In this document: one piece after another, positions 11,425-20,345 of the stretch
Position numbering within the stretch: the first letter of the stretch is position 1
How the letters are laid out: each line of letters starts with the position of its first letter
Origin: an uncultured Gilliamella sp.
GTDB taxonomy: Bacteria; Pseudomonadota; Gammaproteobacteria; Enterobacterales; Orbaceae
Direction: 5' to 3'
DNA length: 64,000 nt
NCBI GenBank assembly: GCA_946481345.1
Contig: CAMLMY010000003.1
Coordinates: forward strand, 27,773 to 91,772
The notes under the pieces: generated by a model
The model's database searches: none
What the model was told of the DNA's origin: nothing
What the model saw: only the letters and a program-made list of their open reading frames with translations
Made by a program: the position numbers and the translations under genes

Positions 11425-12177
11425 ATGATGAAAAAAATAATAACATTGAAAACAGTTACTCATTTTAGCTCAACTTTAACTTTACTCTTATGTTCAACCT
11501 TTGCTATGGCACAATCTATTCCATTAAATAAACTTACTGGGCAATTTGATGAAAAAAAAGATAGTAATTATATTGCTCTTGACTCAACAATATTACCCGT
11601 AAACAAAAAAGGTATGTATTTACAGAAGGAACCAACTGAGCAGTTGATTAAGGCTTATAATGATTTTAAAAAATCTTATCCTAATATTCCTTTTATTGTA
11701 GTGAGTGCTACGCGTAATTACACCTATCAAAATGGTATTTGGCAACGTAAGTGGGATGCATTATTACCTAAGTTGAATAATCCACAAAAAATTGCTGAAC
11801 AAATTTTAAAATTATCTTCAATGCCTGGTACATCAAGACATCATTGGGGAACAGATATTGATATTACTAGTGTATCGTCTGAATATTTTAAAAATGATAA
11901 ACAGGGAATTATTTTGTATCAATGGCTTCGTGAAAATTTACCGAAATATGGTTTTTGTCAACCATTCAGTGAGGGACGAAAAGGGGGCTATTTGCCAGAA
12001 GAGTGGCATTGGTCATATAAACCAATCGCCAAACAATATCTTGCTGAATATAAAGCAATACTTGATAGGAATCCACAGATGATTATGCAAAATCTGAATT
12101 TTACTGGTTACGATAAAATTACCTTAGAAAGTCTGGTAAAAGAGTATGTATTAACCGTTAATCCGGATTGTTATTAA
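11425..12177 (+). CDS. Exported M15-family (VanY-like) D-Ala-D-Ala carboxypeptidase
   Basis: Signal peptide ending AMA; SxHxxGxxxD (SRHHWGTDID) and EEWHW zinc motifs. Confidence 0.85.
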   Translation: MMKKIITLKTVTHFSSTLTLLLCSTFAMAQSIPLNKLTGQFDEKKDSNYIALDSTILPVNKKGMYLQKEPTEQLIKAYNDFKKSYPNIPFIVVSATRNYTYQNGIWQRKWDALLPKLNNPQKIAEQILKLSSMPGTSRHHWGTDIDITSVSSEYFKNDKQGIILYQWLRENLPKYGFCQPFSEGRKGGYLPEEWHWSYKPIAKQYLAEYKAILDRNPQMIMQNLNFTGYDKITLESLVKEYVLTVNPDCY

Positions 12178-13478
12178 TTTTTTCGCCAATAAGGTAGTTT
12201 GATTGTTACCACTAAACCACCACCATCGCGATTATTAGCTTGAATAGTGCCGTTATGCATAATAACGGTCTTTCTGACGATGGCTAGACCTAGTCCATAG
12301 CCTTTACCTAACTGTGCTGACTGAATACGGACAAAGGGTTCAAAAATACTCGATAATTTGCTGGCATCGACACCCGGACCACGATCTTTAACTTCAATTT
12401 GTAAATATTTTCCTGCTTCTTTTAATGATACCTCAACCGTTTGGCCTGCATTAGAAAAGCGGATAGCATTACGAATAATATTTTCAATCGCGCGTCGTAT
12501 CTGTTCAGAATTACCTTTAACAATAGAGTGATTAATGGATGATAAGTTAAACTCTACTTCAATAGATTGGTGATTGGCTTCGTAGTTGGCATCATTAACC
12601 ACTACACCAATTAACTCTTTTAAGTCAAAGTATTCATCGGTTCGATTATTCATTTCTGCACGTGAATAATTAAGAATCTCACCAATTAATTGATCTAATC
12701 GTTGCGACTCTAACTCAATTCTAGCTAAAGCTGTATCGATATTTTGTTTATTTTGTTGGGCAAGACCGATTGCCAATTGTAAGCGGGCCAGAGGGGTTCT
12801 GAGTTCATGAGAAACATCATGAAGTAGCGCTTGACGATCAGATATTAAGATGTTGAGTTGCTCAACCATCATATCAAAATCTTTACCTAATTCACTCAGT
12901 TCATCACGACGAGGTTTTAACTTTTTAAATAACCGAACCGACAGATCACCTTGCGATACACGGAAAAATCCTTGTCTTAGTAATTTCATTGGTCTAGTTA
13001 AGTTCCATGCTAAAAATAGGCTGAATACTAAACCAACACAGATCCCCATTAACAAAATAGGGGTCGGCATATTAAATAAAGTTTTATTTTTGCTATTGCT
13101 ATGATCGGTTTTATCGTCTTTAAATGATACCGAATAGAGGGTGCCATCCGGTGCCACAGCCATCCGCTGATATACATACGAACTAGGTTCTAATTCATCT
13201 GTGATGATATTAACTTGATCATATTGCGGAGACACCAATTTTATTGACAATAAAGCCCGCTCACGTTCGGGCAAATGTGCAATAAAATTGAGTGTTTCAT
13301 CTTCACCGGCAACATGCAATAATTGAGCAATCATATCCACTTTAGTCGGCATATGATTTAAGAATCGTTGATTTCTACTTTCTATATAATAAGAGAAAGC
13401 AATCCAAGTTAATTGGAAAGTAAGATAAAAAATTATCCAAAATATAACCAGTATTTTCCAAAATAATCGACGATTCAT
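12174..13478 (-). CDS. HAMP-domain sensor histidine kinase (CpxA-like)
   Basis: 2 TM, HAMP, H-box DVSHELRTPL, N box ENIIRNA, G boxes DRGPG and GLGLAI. Confidence 0.92.
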   Translation of the reverse strand: MNRRLFWKILVIFWIIFYLTFQLTWIAFSYYIESRNQRFLNHMPTKVDMIAQLLHVAGEDETLNFIAHLPERERALLSIKLVSPQYDQVNIITDELEPSSYVYQRMAVAPDGTLYSVSFKDDKTDHSNSKNKTLFNMPTPILLMGICVGLVFSLFLAWNLTRPMKLLRQGFFRVSQGDLSVRLFKKLKPRRDELSELGKDFDMMVEQLNILISDRQALLHDVSHELRTPLARLQLAIGLAQQNKQNIDTALARIELESQRLDQLIGEILNYSRAEMNNRTDEYFDLKELIGVVVNDANYEANHQSIEVEFNLSSINHSIVKGNSEQIRRAIENIIRNAIRFSNAGQTVEVSLKEAGKYLQIEVKDRGPGVDASKLSSIFEPFVRIQSAQLGKGYGLGLAIVRKTVIMHNGTIQANNRDGGGLVVTIKLPYWRKN

Positions 13479-13496
13479 AGCAAACCTATGGCTTGA

Positions 13497-14180
13497 TTAA
13501 CGGATACGATAGCCAACCGCTCTTATTGTTTCAATGGTCACATCATTTTGTGCTACTTGATGTAGTTTTTGGCGAATATTGCTGATATGAACATCGACGC
13601 TGCGATCATATAATTCTCGAGCACGACCCAGACCTATTTCAGACAATTCTTCTTTAGTTACCACTCGCTCACTATGTTTAACGAGTAAAACTAACAAGTT
13701 AAATTCAGTAGAGGTGAGATCTATCGGTTGACCGTTCCAAGTACAAAGTCGTTGTGGTAGATCTAAAGTTAAGCCATTAAAATGATATTTTTTCTCATCA
13801 ACTAATTCGACTGAACGTTCGTCAAACCGACGTAACACCGCTCTCAATCTTGCCAATAATTCACGTGGGTAACATGGTTTTGGAATGTAATCATCAGCAC
13901 CTAATTCTAACCCTAATACGCGATCAATATTATCACCTTTGGCAGTTAACATAATAACAGGCATATTACATTGTTGACGAATGCTTTTTAGGACATCAAT
14001 GCCATTAATATCAGGTAACATCACATCTAAAATTGCTGCACGATATTTACCTGATAGCGCTTCATCAATACCATCCTTACCTAAATAAACACTTTTAATA
14101 TTAAAACCTTCATTGGTTAAATATTCGCTAAGCATTTGTGATAATTCTACATCATCATCAATTAATAAAATATTTATCAT
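13497..14180 (-). CDS. OmpR-family response regulator (CpxR-like)
   Basis: IDDD, LDVMLP, LGADDYIPKP, DRSVDVHISNIRQKL, ETIRAVGY. Confidence 0.93.
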   Translation of the reverse strand: MINILLIDDDVELSQMLSEYLTNEGFNIKSVYLGKDGIDEALSGKYRAAILDVMLPDINGIDVLKSIRQQCNMPVIMLTAKGDNIDRVLGLELGADDYIPKPCYPRELLARLRAVLRRFDERSVELVDEKKYHFNGLTLDLPQRLCTWNGQPIDLTSTEFNLLVLLVKHSERVVTKEELSEIGLGRARELYDRSVDVHISNIRQKLHQVAQNDVTIETIRAVGYRIR

Positions 14181-14558
14181 ATCTCGCCATTATTATTTAA
14201 TTTTTGATAGTTACATTATTGCAATAATAAAAAAAAAGTCAGGTGGTTTTACTAAAATATTACATATTTTGAACTATTCCTGATTAATTTATTTACTATG
14301 CAGTTAAGTATAGATGTTTCAGATTTAGTCTATTTTTGTCGTGTATGTTTTAAACAAAAAGTGATTGAATAAAAATCTGTTTATAGTGGTTTAACGTATT
14401 AATAAAATCAGTATTGAACTGATAAATTATGTTCACTTACTCTTTAATATGTGAGCTTAACATTCAGTTTTCAAGTTAAATAGAATAAAATAATCACTTA
14501 ATTTCATGGCTAAACGTTTCACTTGCTAACATTACGGTTAGTAATATGGAGATAAAAA

Positions 14559-15854
14559 ATGGAACAACAAGTAATGTGGCAACAATTAATCAAATTGGTG
14601 AAGCATGAAGTCTTGCCAGCACTTGGTTGCACTGAACCTATCTCACTTGCTTTAGCTGCTGCTACGGCAACTCAATATATTGATAAAAATAAAATTAGCC
14701 ACATTGATGCTTATGTCTCGCCCAATTTAATGAAAAATGGCATGGGTGTTACGGTTCCAGGCACTGGTATGGTGGGATTAGCTATTGCAGCGGCCATCGG
14801 CGCCATTGGTGGTGATGCTGGGGCAGGCCTTGAAGTCCTTAAAAATATAACTCAGCAACAGATCGAACAAGCTAAAACGATGCTCAATGAGCATAAAATT
14901 AATGTGCAAATTGCCGATAATAATACCGCTATTTATTCTGAAGCTAATATTTATACTAATCATGATCATGTCCGCGTCTGTATTGAAAGCTCACATACTA
15001 ATGTGATTTTGATTGAAAAAAATGACGAAATAATTTTTAAAGCCGATAACCAAAAGCAAGATGATTCGAAAGATGCGGCTATCATCAAATTGATGTCGGT
15101 AAAACAGATATATGAATTTGCCTCGCAGGCTGATTTTGCTGATATCGAATTTATTTTACACTCAGCAGAATTAAATGATGCCTTATCTCAGGAAGGCTTA
15201 AGACGAGATTATGGCTTAAGTATTGCGGCGACATTACATGAACAAACTAAAAATGGCTTATTAGCTGATGATCTATTGTCTAAAGTGATTATTCGTACTA
15301 CTGCTGCATCAGATGCTCGCATGGGTGGTGCAACGTTACCAGCTATGAGTAATTCAGGTTCAGGCAATCAAGGTATTACTGCAACTATGCCAGTCGTTGT
15401 TGTTGCCGATTATTTAGAGTCAACGCCAGAACAATTAGCGAGAGCGCTTATTTTATCGCATACCATTGCCATTTATATTCATAGTAAATTTCCGCCATTA
15501 TCAGCTCTTTGTGCAGCCTCAACAGCAGCCATGGGATCGGCTGCCGGTATGGCGTGGTTACTGGGTAAAGGCCAATATGAGGCAGTTGATATGGCCATAT
15601 GTAACATGATTGGTGATTTGTCTGGAATAATTTGTGATGGTGCGTCAAATAGCTGTGCAATGAAAGTTTCAACTTCGGTTTCATCCGGATTTAAAGCTGT
15701 ATTAATGGCGCTAAACCGAATTCGTGTTACAGGTAATGAAGGTATTGTTTGTGATAGCGTTGAAACTTCAATTAATAATTTAGGGGCGATTGTTAGCAAT
15801 AGTATGAAAGCAACTGACACTCAGATAATTGATATTATGTCGCATAAAGCCTAA
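14559..15854 (+). CDS. L-cysteine desulfidase, YhaM/CyuA family
   Basis: PALGCTEP, MKNGMGVTVPGTG, ASDARMGG, NSGSGNQG, ICDGASNSCAMK. Confidence 0.88.
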   Translation: MEQQVMWQQLIKLVKHEVLPALGCTEPISLALAAATATQYIDKNKISHIDAYVSPNLMKNGMGVTVPGTGMVGLAIAAAIGAIGGDAGAGLEVLKNITQQQIEQAKTMLNEHKINVQIADNNTAIYSEANIYTNHDHVRVCIESSHTNVILIEKNDEIIFKADNQKQDDSKDAAIIKLMSVKQIYEFASQADFADIEFILHSAELNDALSQEGLRRDYGLSIAATLHEQTKNGLLADDLLSKVIIRTTAASDARMGGATLPAMSNSGSGNQGITATMPVVVVADYLESTPEQLARALILSHTIAIYIHSKFPPLSALCAASTAAMGSAAGMAWLLGKGQYEAVDMAICNMIGDLSGIICDGASNSCAMKVSTSVSSGFKAVLMALNRIRVTGNEGIVCDSVETSINNLGAIVSNSMKATDTQIIDIMSHKA

Positions 15855-15977
15855 TTTTTTTGAAAAATGCTAAAAGAATAACCTTTTAACGCTTTTAATA
15901 TGACCAATTGGTATTATTTTTAAAAAATATGCTGGACAATATTATTTTTTATGCGTAATATTTCGTCCTGCTTCTAT

Positions 15978-16054
15978 GGTGGCTATAGCTCAGTTGGTAG
16001 AGCCCTGGATTGTGATTCCAGTTGTCGTGGGTTCGAATCCCATTAGCCACCCCA
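15978..16054 (+). tRNA. tRNA-His(GTG)
   Basis: GGTGGCTATAGCTCAGTTGGTAGAGCCCTGGATTGTGATTCCAG...CCACCCCA, including G-1. Confidence 0.98.
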
Positions 16055-16075
16055 TTTCATAGAGCAGAAATCTAA

Positions 16076-16152
16076 CGGCGAGTAGCGCAGCTTGGTAGCG
16101 CAACTGGTTTGGGACCAGTGGGTCGGAGGTTCGAATCCTCTCTCGCCGACCA
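16076..16152 (+). tRNA. tRNA-Pro(TGG)
   Basis: CGGCGAGTAGCGCAGCTTGGTAGCGCAACTGGTTTGGGACCAG...TCGCCGACCA. Confidence 0.98.
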
Positions 16153-16438
16153 ATTTAATAAGAAAGCCTACTCATTTGAGTGGGCTTTTTTATTATTACA
16201 ACGATGCATTTGATTCGAACCGATAAGAGGTTCGAGCCGAGTAGCACGAGACAGCGTTGCTTTAGCAACGACCCGTAGGGCGAGCATGAAATGTGAGTCA
16301 ATCCTCTCTCGCCGACCAATTTAATAAGAAAGCCTACTCGTTTGAGTGGGCTTTTTTGTTACTACAACAATGCATTTGATTCGAACCGATAAGAGGTTCG
16401 AGCCGAGTAGCACGAGACAACGTTGCTTTAGCAACGAC
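16134..16438 (+). repeat. tRNA-linked tandem repeat, 166-bp unit, about 1.8 copies, RtT-like
   Basis: Unit starts with the last 19 nt of tRNA-Pro (AATCCTCTCTCGCCGACCA) at 16134 and again at 16300; copies nearly identical; each holds a terminator and several hairpins. Confidence 0.93.
16159..16191 (+). terminator. Intrinsic terminator after tRNA-Pro (duplicated near 16325-16357)
   Basis: AAAGCCTACTCA-tt-TGAGTGGGCTTTTTT. Confidence 0.85.
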
Positions 16439-16734
16439 TAGACATTTTTATCCTTCTAAATTATCTAAGCTGTAACTATGCATGTTTACCATGCTCTTTA
16501 TAATTAACTCTACAAACACTTTATACTTCGTTCCTTCTTATGACTTGATAAAATTGCGTTTTTACATTGAGTTTTCTTCAAATCTTCCTTTATTGTAAAT
16601 CAAATAAACAGATACATTTTTAAATATATCATATTGATTTAATTATAAATAATTATAAAAACTGTGATCTATACAACAAATTTGGTACTTAAAATTGACA
16701 ACATGTATTTTTTTGTTTATTTTTTAACAATGTT

Positions 16735-16751
16735 TACGTTATATTAACGTA
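16735..16751. promoter_or_regulatory. Perfect inverted repeat, candidate GntR/HutC operator
   Basis: TACGTTA-TAT-TAACGTA, downstream of TTGACA (16695-16700) and upstream of the GntR pair; CRP-like TGTGA-N6-CAACA at 16663-16678. Confidence 0.5.
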
Positions 16752-16791
16752 TATCTATTTTATAAAAAAGTCCATCAATGGAGTGTGTTTT

Positions 16792-17514
16792 TTGGAATAT
16801 CGTGAAATAGCTTCAAAAACTTATGTTGAAGAACAGATTAAAGCTAATCCGACTATTGTCAGTAAGAAATTGACAGAACGAGCTCTAGCAGAACATTTTG
16901 GTGTAAGTCGTACAACAATAAGAAACGCTTTAAATGATTTAGCTATGGAAGGTTATGTATTCCAAAACGATACTGATGTGGAACCGCATAAAATTTTTGA
17001 GATTAATATGTTAAAAATGTCTTCTTTCAGTGAAGAAGTTAAAAAAGAAGACGATATTGACCTTAATATTAAAGTTCTCACCAATCAAATTATTAATATG
17101 CCAGCTGAATTGAGATCTTTTTTTGGTTCGAATGAAAAATTGATTAGAATTGTTCGGCAAAGGATATTAAACAAAACTCCGCTTTCCTACGAAGTAACAT
17201 ATTTACCATCTAATAGATTTAAAGGTTTAGAACAAGTCGATTTGAATAATGTTTCTCTTTATCAATTTTTGAAAGAGCATTATCCATTCAAGCCAAGTCA
17301 CGGTCGTGAAGAAATTACTTATGAGTCAGCAACCGAAGATAAAGCCAAATATTTAGGGGTTATTGAAGGAACACCGATTTATAAAGTATCGAGTAATAGC
17401 TTTGATATTAACTTTCAACCATTTGAACATACCGAGCAATATCTAGCAGGAAAACGATTTAAATATCATCTATCGGCGAAAAATATCTTCAATTATGGAG
17501 AAAAACAATTATGA
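16792..17514 (+). CDS. GntR/HutC-family regulator (wHTH + UTRA)
   Basis: TERALAEHFGVSRTTIRNAL and C-terminal UTRA domain; likely TTG start 8 nt after GGAG (ORF track gives 16783). Confidence 0.88.
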   Translation: MEYREIASKTYVEEQIKANPTIVSKKLTERALAEHFGVSRTTIRNALNDLAMEGYVFQNDTDVEPHKIFEINMLKMSSFSEEVKKEDDIDLNIKVLTNQIINMPAELRSFFGSNEKLIRIVRQRILNKTPLSYEVTYLPSNRFKGLEQVDLNNVSLYQFLKEHYPFKPSHGREEITYESATEDKAKYLGVIEGTPIYKVSSNSFDINFQPFEHTEQYLAGKRFKYHLSAKNIFNYGEKQL

Positions 17515-18194
17515 AATTGTTTGAAAAAATTGCTGATCATTTAATGGGGCAGATCAACTCGGGTCAATATGGTGTGGGTGCGGAGCTCCCCCCAGAAGTT
17601 CAATTACAAAAAGATTTTGATGTCAGTCGTACTACTGTTCGTAAAGCTATTGACCTATTAGTAGAAAAAAATTTGGTTGTACGAAAAAAAGGGATTGGTT
17701 TATTTGTTGCACCAATGCTGTCTACCCAAAATATTCTTGAGATGACTGGTATTATTAAACCTGGCACTTATCAACATCATAAAAAAATTCTTAAAGAGAA
17801 TTATTTAAGAAAAGCTGGCCCTTACTATAGCCAGTTATTAAAGATAAAACCGTCAGCACTAATTTATTATATTAGTTTTTTAGAAGTTGCTAAAACTAGT
17901 GTAGTAAAAGAGATTTTTCTTTTACCCCTTCACTATTTCCCTGATTTTCAAGTTTCAATAATAAAAGTGCTATCAGCACTTGAAATTACTAATTCGGGTA
18001 AGAAAAAAGTCGATAAATTAGAACAAGATTTACAGCTAATTGTTGCCAATGCCGAATTGGCTAAGCAATTACGCTGCCAAATTGATGAACCATTATTTAA
18101 AGTGTCTAATCACTATTTTGATATAAATAGCGAACCGATTGCTATTGAATACAAATTCGCTAGTAATACCAAATATGTGGTGGATTTCACCTAG
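17511..18194 (+). CDS. Second GntR/HutC-family regulator
   Basis: LPPEVQLQKDFDVSRTTVRKAI...KKGIGLFV; ATGA overlap with the previous gene. Confidence 0.88.
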   Translation: MKLFEKIADHLMGQINSGQYGVGAELPPEVQLQKDFDVSRTTVRKAIDLLVEKNLVVRKKGIGLFVAPMLSTQNILEMTGIIKPGTYQHHKKILKENYLRKAGPYYSQLLKIKPSALIYYISFLEVAKTSVVKEIFLLPLHYFPDFQVSIIKVLSALEITNSGKKKVDKLEQDLQLIVANAELAKQLRCQIDEPLFKVSNHYFDINSEPIAIEYKFASNTKYVVDFT

Positions 18195-18208
18195 GAGGAA
18201 GAAAACCA

Positions 18209-18676
18209 ATGATTAAATTGTTACGTGTCGATCACCGCTTATTGCATGGTCAGGTTGTTGTTTCATGGTTCGATAATGTTGGAGCTAATACTATTTTAGT
18301 TGCCAACGATGCTGTTGCTAATGATGAATTTCGTAAATCAGCGATCCGATTAGCTAAACCTGAAAATGCCAAACTAGTCATGAAGTCAATTGATGACAGT
18401 ATTGGCGCTATTAATTCTGGTGTAACAGATAAATATCAGATGTTAATTGTGGTGGAATCGGTAGAAGATGCAGAAAAACTCATCCGAGGAACTCAAGGAC
18501 AAATAACTAGTCTTAATTTAGGAGGAACTAAACCTCGTGAAGGAACCAAAAATTATTCTAAAACAATTAATTTGACAGAGTTAGAAGCGGACTTATTAGC
18601 TGGATTACAACAAGATGGTGTTGAAGTGTATATACAACAGATCCCAAGTGAATCTAAGCAAAAATTTGAAAAATAG
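18209..18676 (+). CDS. Mannose-family PTS EIIB
   Basis: LRVDHRLLHGQV phosphorylation motif; LNLGG. Confidence 0.95.
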   Translation: MIKLLRVDHRLLHGQVVVSWFDNVGANTILVANDAVANDEFRKSAIRLAKPENAKLVMKSIDDSIGAINSGVTDKYQMLIVVESVEDAEKLIRGTQGQITSLNLGGTKPREGTKNYSKTINLTELEADLLAGLQQDGVEVYIQQIPSESKQKFEK

Positions 18677-18693
18677 ACAAAAAGGAATACAAA

Positions 18694-19527
18694 ATGAGTA
18701 TTGTTATTACAGCAATTATTTTGGCCTTGATTGCTATGTTAGCCAATGGTGAATACTTTTTAGGTTCATCTATGTTATCAAGGCCTTTAGTTACTTGTAC
18801 CTTAGCAGGGCTAGTAATGGGGGATGTTACACAAGGAATTATCATCGGTGCGACATTAGAGTTGGCGTTTGTTGGTTCTTTTTCTATTGGTGCATCTATT
18901 CCTCCAGAAATTATTTCAGGTAGTGTATTAGGAACCGCGTTTGCGATTGGTGCCGGTAAAAGTACAGCAGTTGCCTTAACTTTAGGGATTCCAATTGCTT
19001 CTTTGGTTTTAGTGGTTAAAAACTTATGTTTCTTGTTCATTTTACCTTACTTTGTACATAAAGCAGATAAGTATGCTAGTGAAGGTAATGGTAAAGGCGT
19101 TGATCGCATGAATATTTTCGGCGGTTTCTTTTCTATCAACCTACCAATTGGTTTAGTTGTTGGTTTTTCTTACTTATTTGGTAGTGAAGCAATAAAAAGC
19201 TTACTTGATGTGATCCCTGAGTTTGTCATTAACGGTTTAGGAATTGCAACAGGCTTATTACCTGCATTTGGTTTTGCTATGTTAATGAAGATTATGATCA
19301 AAAAAACCAATGCAACATTCTTTATTCTTGGTTTTGCTGTAGCAGTATATATGAAAGTACCTGTCACTGGTGTTGCAGTTTTTGGCGCTTGTATGGCGTT
19401 AATTCTTACCGGTTACTCTTCATTTACCGGCAAAAAACTTACCACCACAGATAATCAAGAAGTTAATAATCAATCAGGCAATGCTTTAGTAGGACAGGAG
19501 ATCAATTATGAAGATGAAGAATTCTAA
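18694..19527 (+). CDS. Mannose-family PTS EIIC
   Basis: SRPLVTCTLAGLVMGD, GATLEL, IGASIPP, LLPAFGFAML. Confidence 0.95.
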   Translation: MSIVITAIILALIAMLANGEYFLGSSMLSRPLVTCTLAGLVMGDVTQGIIIGATLELAFVGSFSIGASIPPEIISGSVLGTAFAIGAGKSTAVALTLGIPIASLVLVVKNLCFLFILPYFVHKADKYASEGNGKGVDRMNIFGGFFSINLPIGLVVGFSYLFGSEAIKSLLDVIPEFVINGLGIATGLLPAFGFAMLMKIMIKKTNATFFILGFAVAVYMKVPVTGVAVFGACMALILTGYSSFTGKKLTTTDNQEVNNQSGNALVGQEINYEDEEF

Positions 19528-20332
19528 TTTAATTACTAAAAAGGATTTAATGCGAACATTTTGGCGTTCTTTCACTGCTGAGTGGTCATGGAACTATGAA
19601 CGACAAATGAATTTAGGTTATTCTTTTGCGATTCGTCCTGCTTTAGAAAAAATTTATAGCCAAAAACCAGAACAATTAACTACTGCTTATCAACGACATT
19701 TAGAGTTTTATAATGTTACGCCATGGTTAATTACTTTCCCATTAGGTATTTCTATTGCTATGGAAGAGCAAAATGCCGTAAATGAAAATTTTGATGAAAG
19801 TTCAATAAATGACGTCAAAATCGCATTAATGGGACCACTAAGTGGTTTGGGAGATTCATTCTTCTGGGGAACATTACGAGTTATTGCAACAGGTATTGGT
19901 ACTTCACTGGCGATGCAAGGTAATATCTTAGGGCCACTACTATTTTTATTAATTTTCAATATTCCAGCCATTATTGCTCGTTATTTTGGTCTATTTATTG
20001 GTTATAACATTGGTGCATCTTTTATTGAAAAAGTACAAAAAACTGGCTTGATGGATAAATTGTCTTATGGAGCATCTATCTTGGGGCTCTCGGTGGTAGG
20101 GGCCATGGTGGCGACGATGGTGACATTAAATATGCCACTAACCATTGGCTCAGGCTCTGATGCAACGTCATTACAGGATATTTTCGATGGCATTGTTCCA
20201 CAAATATTGCCGTTATTATTTACTTTATTTATCTTTTTATTAGACAGAAAAGGACTAAAAGCACATTGGATCTTATTACTGATTGCTGGTATTGGTATCT
20301 TTGGTGCTTGGAGTGGATTACTAGGTCAATAA
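19508..20332 (+). CDS. Mannose-family PTS EIID
   Basis: WNYERQMNLGY, RHLEFYN, LMGPLSGLGDSFFW. Confidence 0.95.
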   Translation: MKMKNSNLITKKDLMRTFWRSFTAEWSWNYERQMNLGYSFAIRPALEKIYSQKPEQLTTAYQRHLEFYNVTPWLITFPLGISIAMEEQNAVNENFDESSINDVKIALMGPLSGLGDSFFWGTLRVIATGIGTSLAMQGNILGPLLFLLIFNIPAIIARYFGLFIGYNIGASFIEKVQKTGLMDKLSYGASILGLSVVGAMVATMVTLNMPLTIGSGSDATSLQDIFDGIVPQILPLLFTLFIFLLDRKGLKAHWILLLIAGIGIFGAWSGLLGQ

Positions 20333-20345
20333 AAGGGACGATGTA

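Noticed and set aside
14240-14270. CpxR box upstream of the response regulator (TTTAC...ATTAC)
   Set aside because: Spacing and second half-site are imperfect in very AT-rich DNA, so it cannot be told apart from chance.
16227-16318. A second complete tRNA-Pro
   Set aside because: Only the 3' 19 nt and a GGTTCGA motif are present; there is no D arm or anticodon arm.
16134-16438. CRISPR array or prophage attL/attR interpretation of the repeat
   Set aside because: The whole 166-bp unit is duplicated with no unique spacers, there are no cas genes, and no element or integrase lies between the two tRNA 3' ends.
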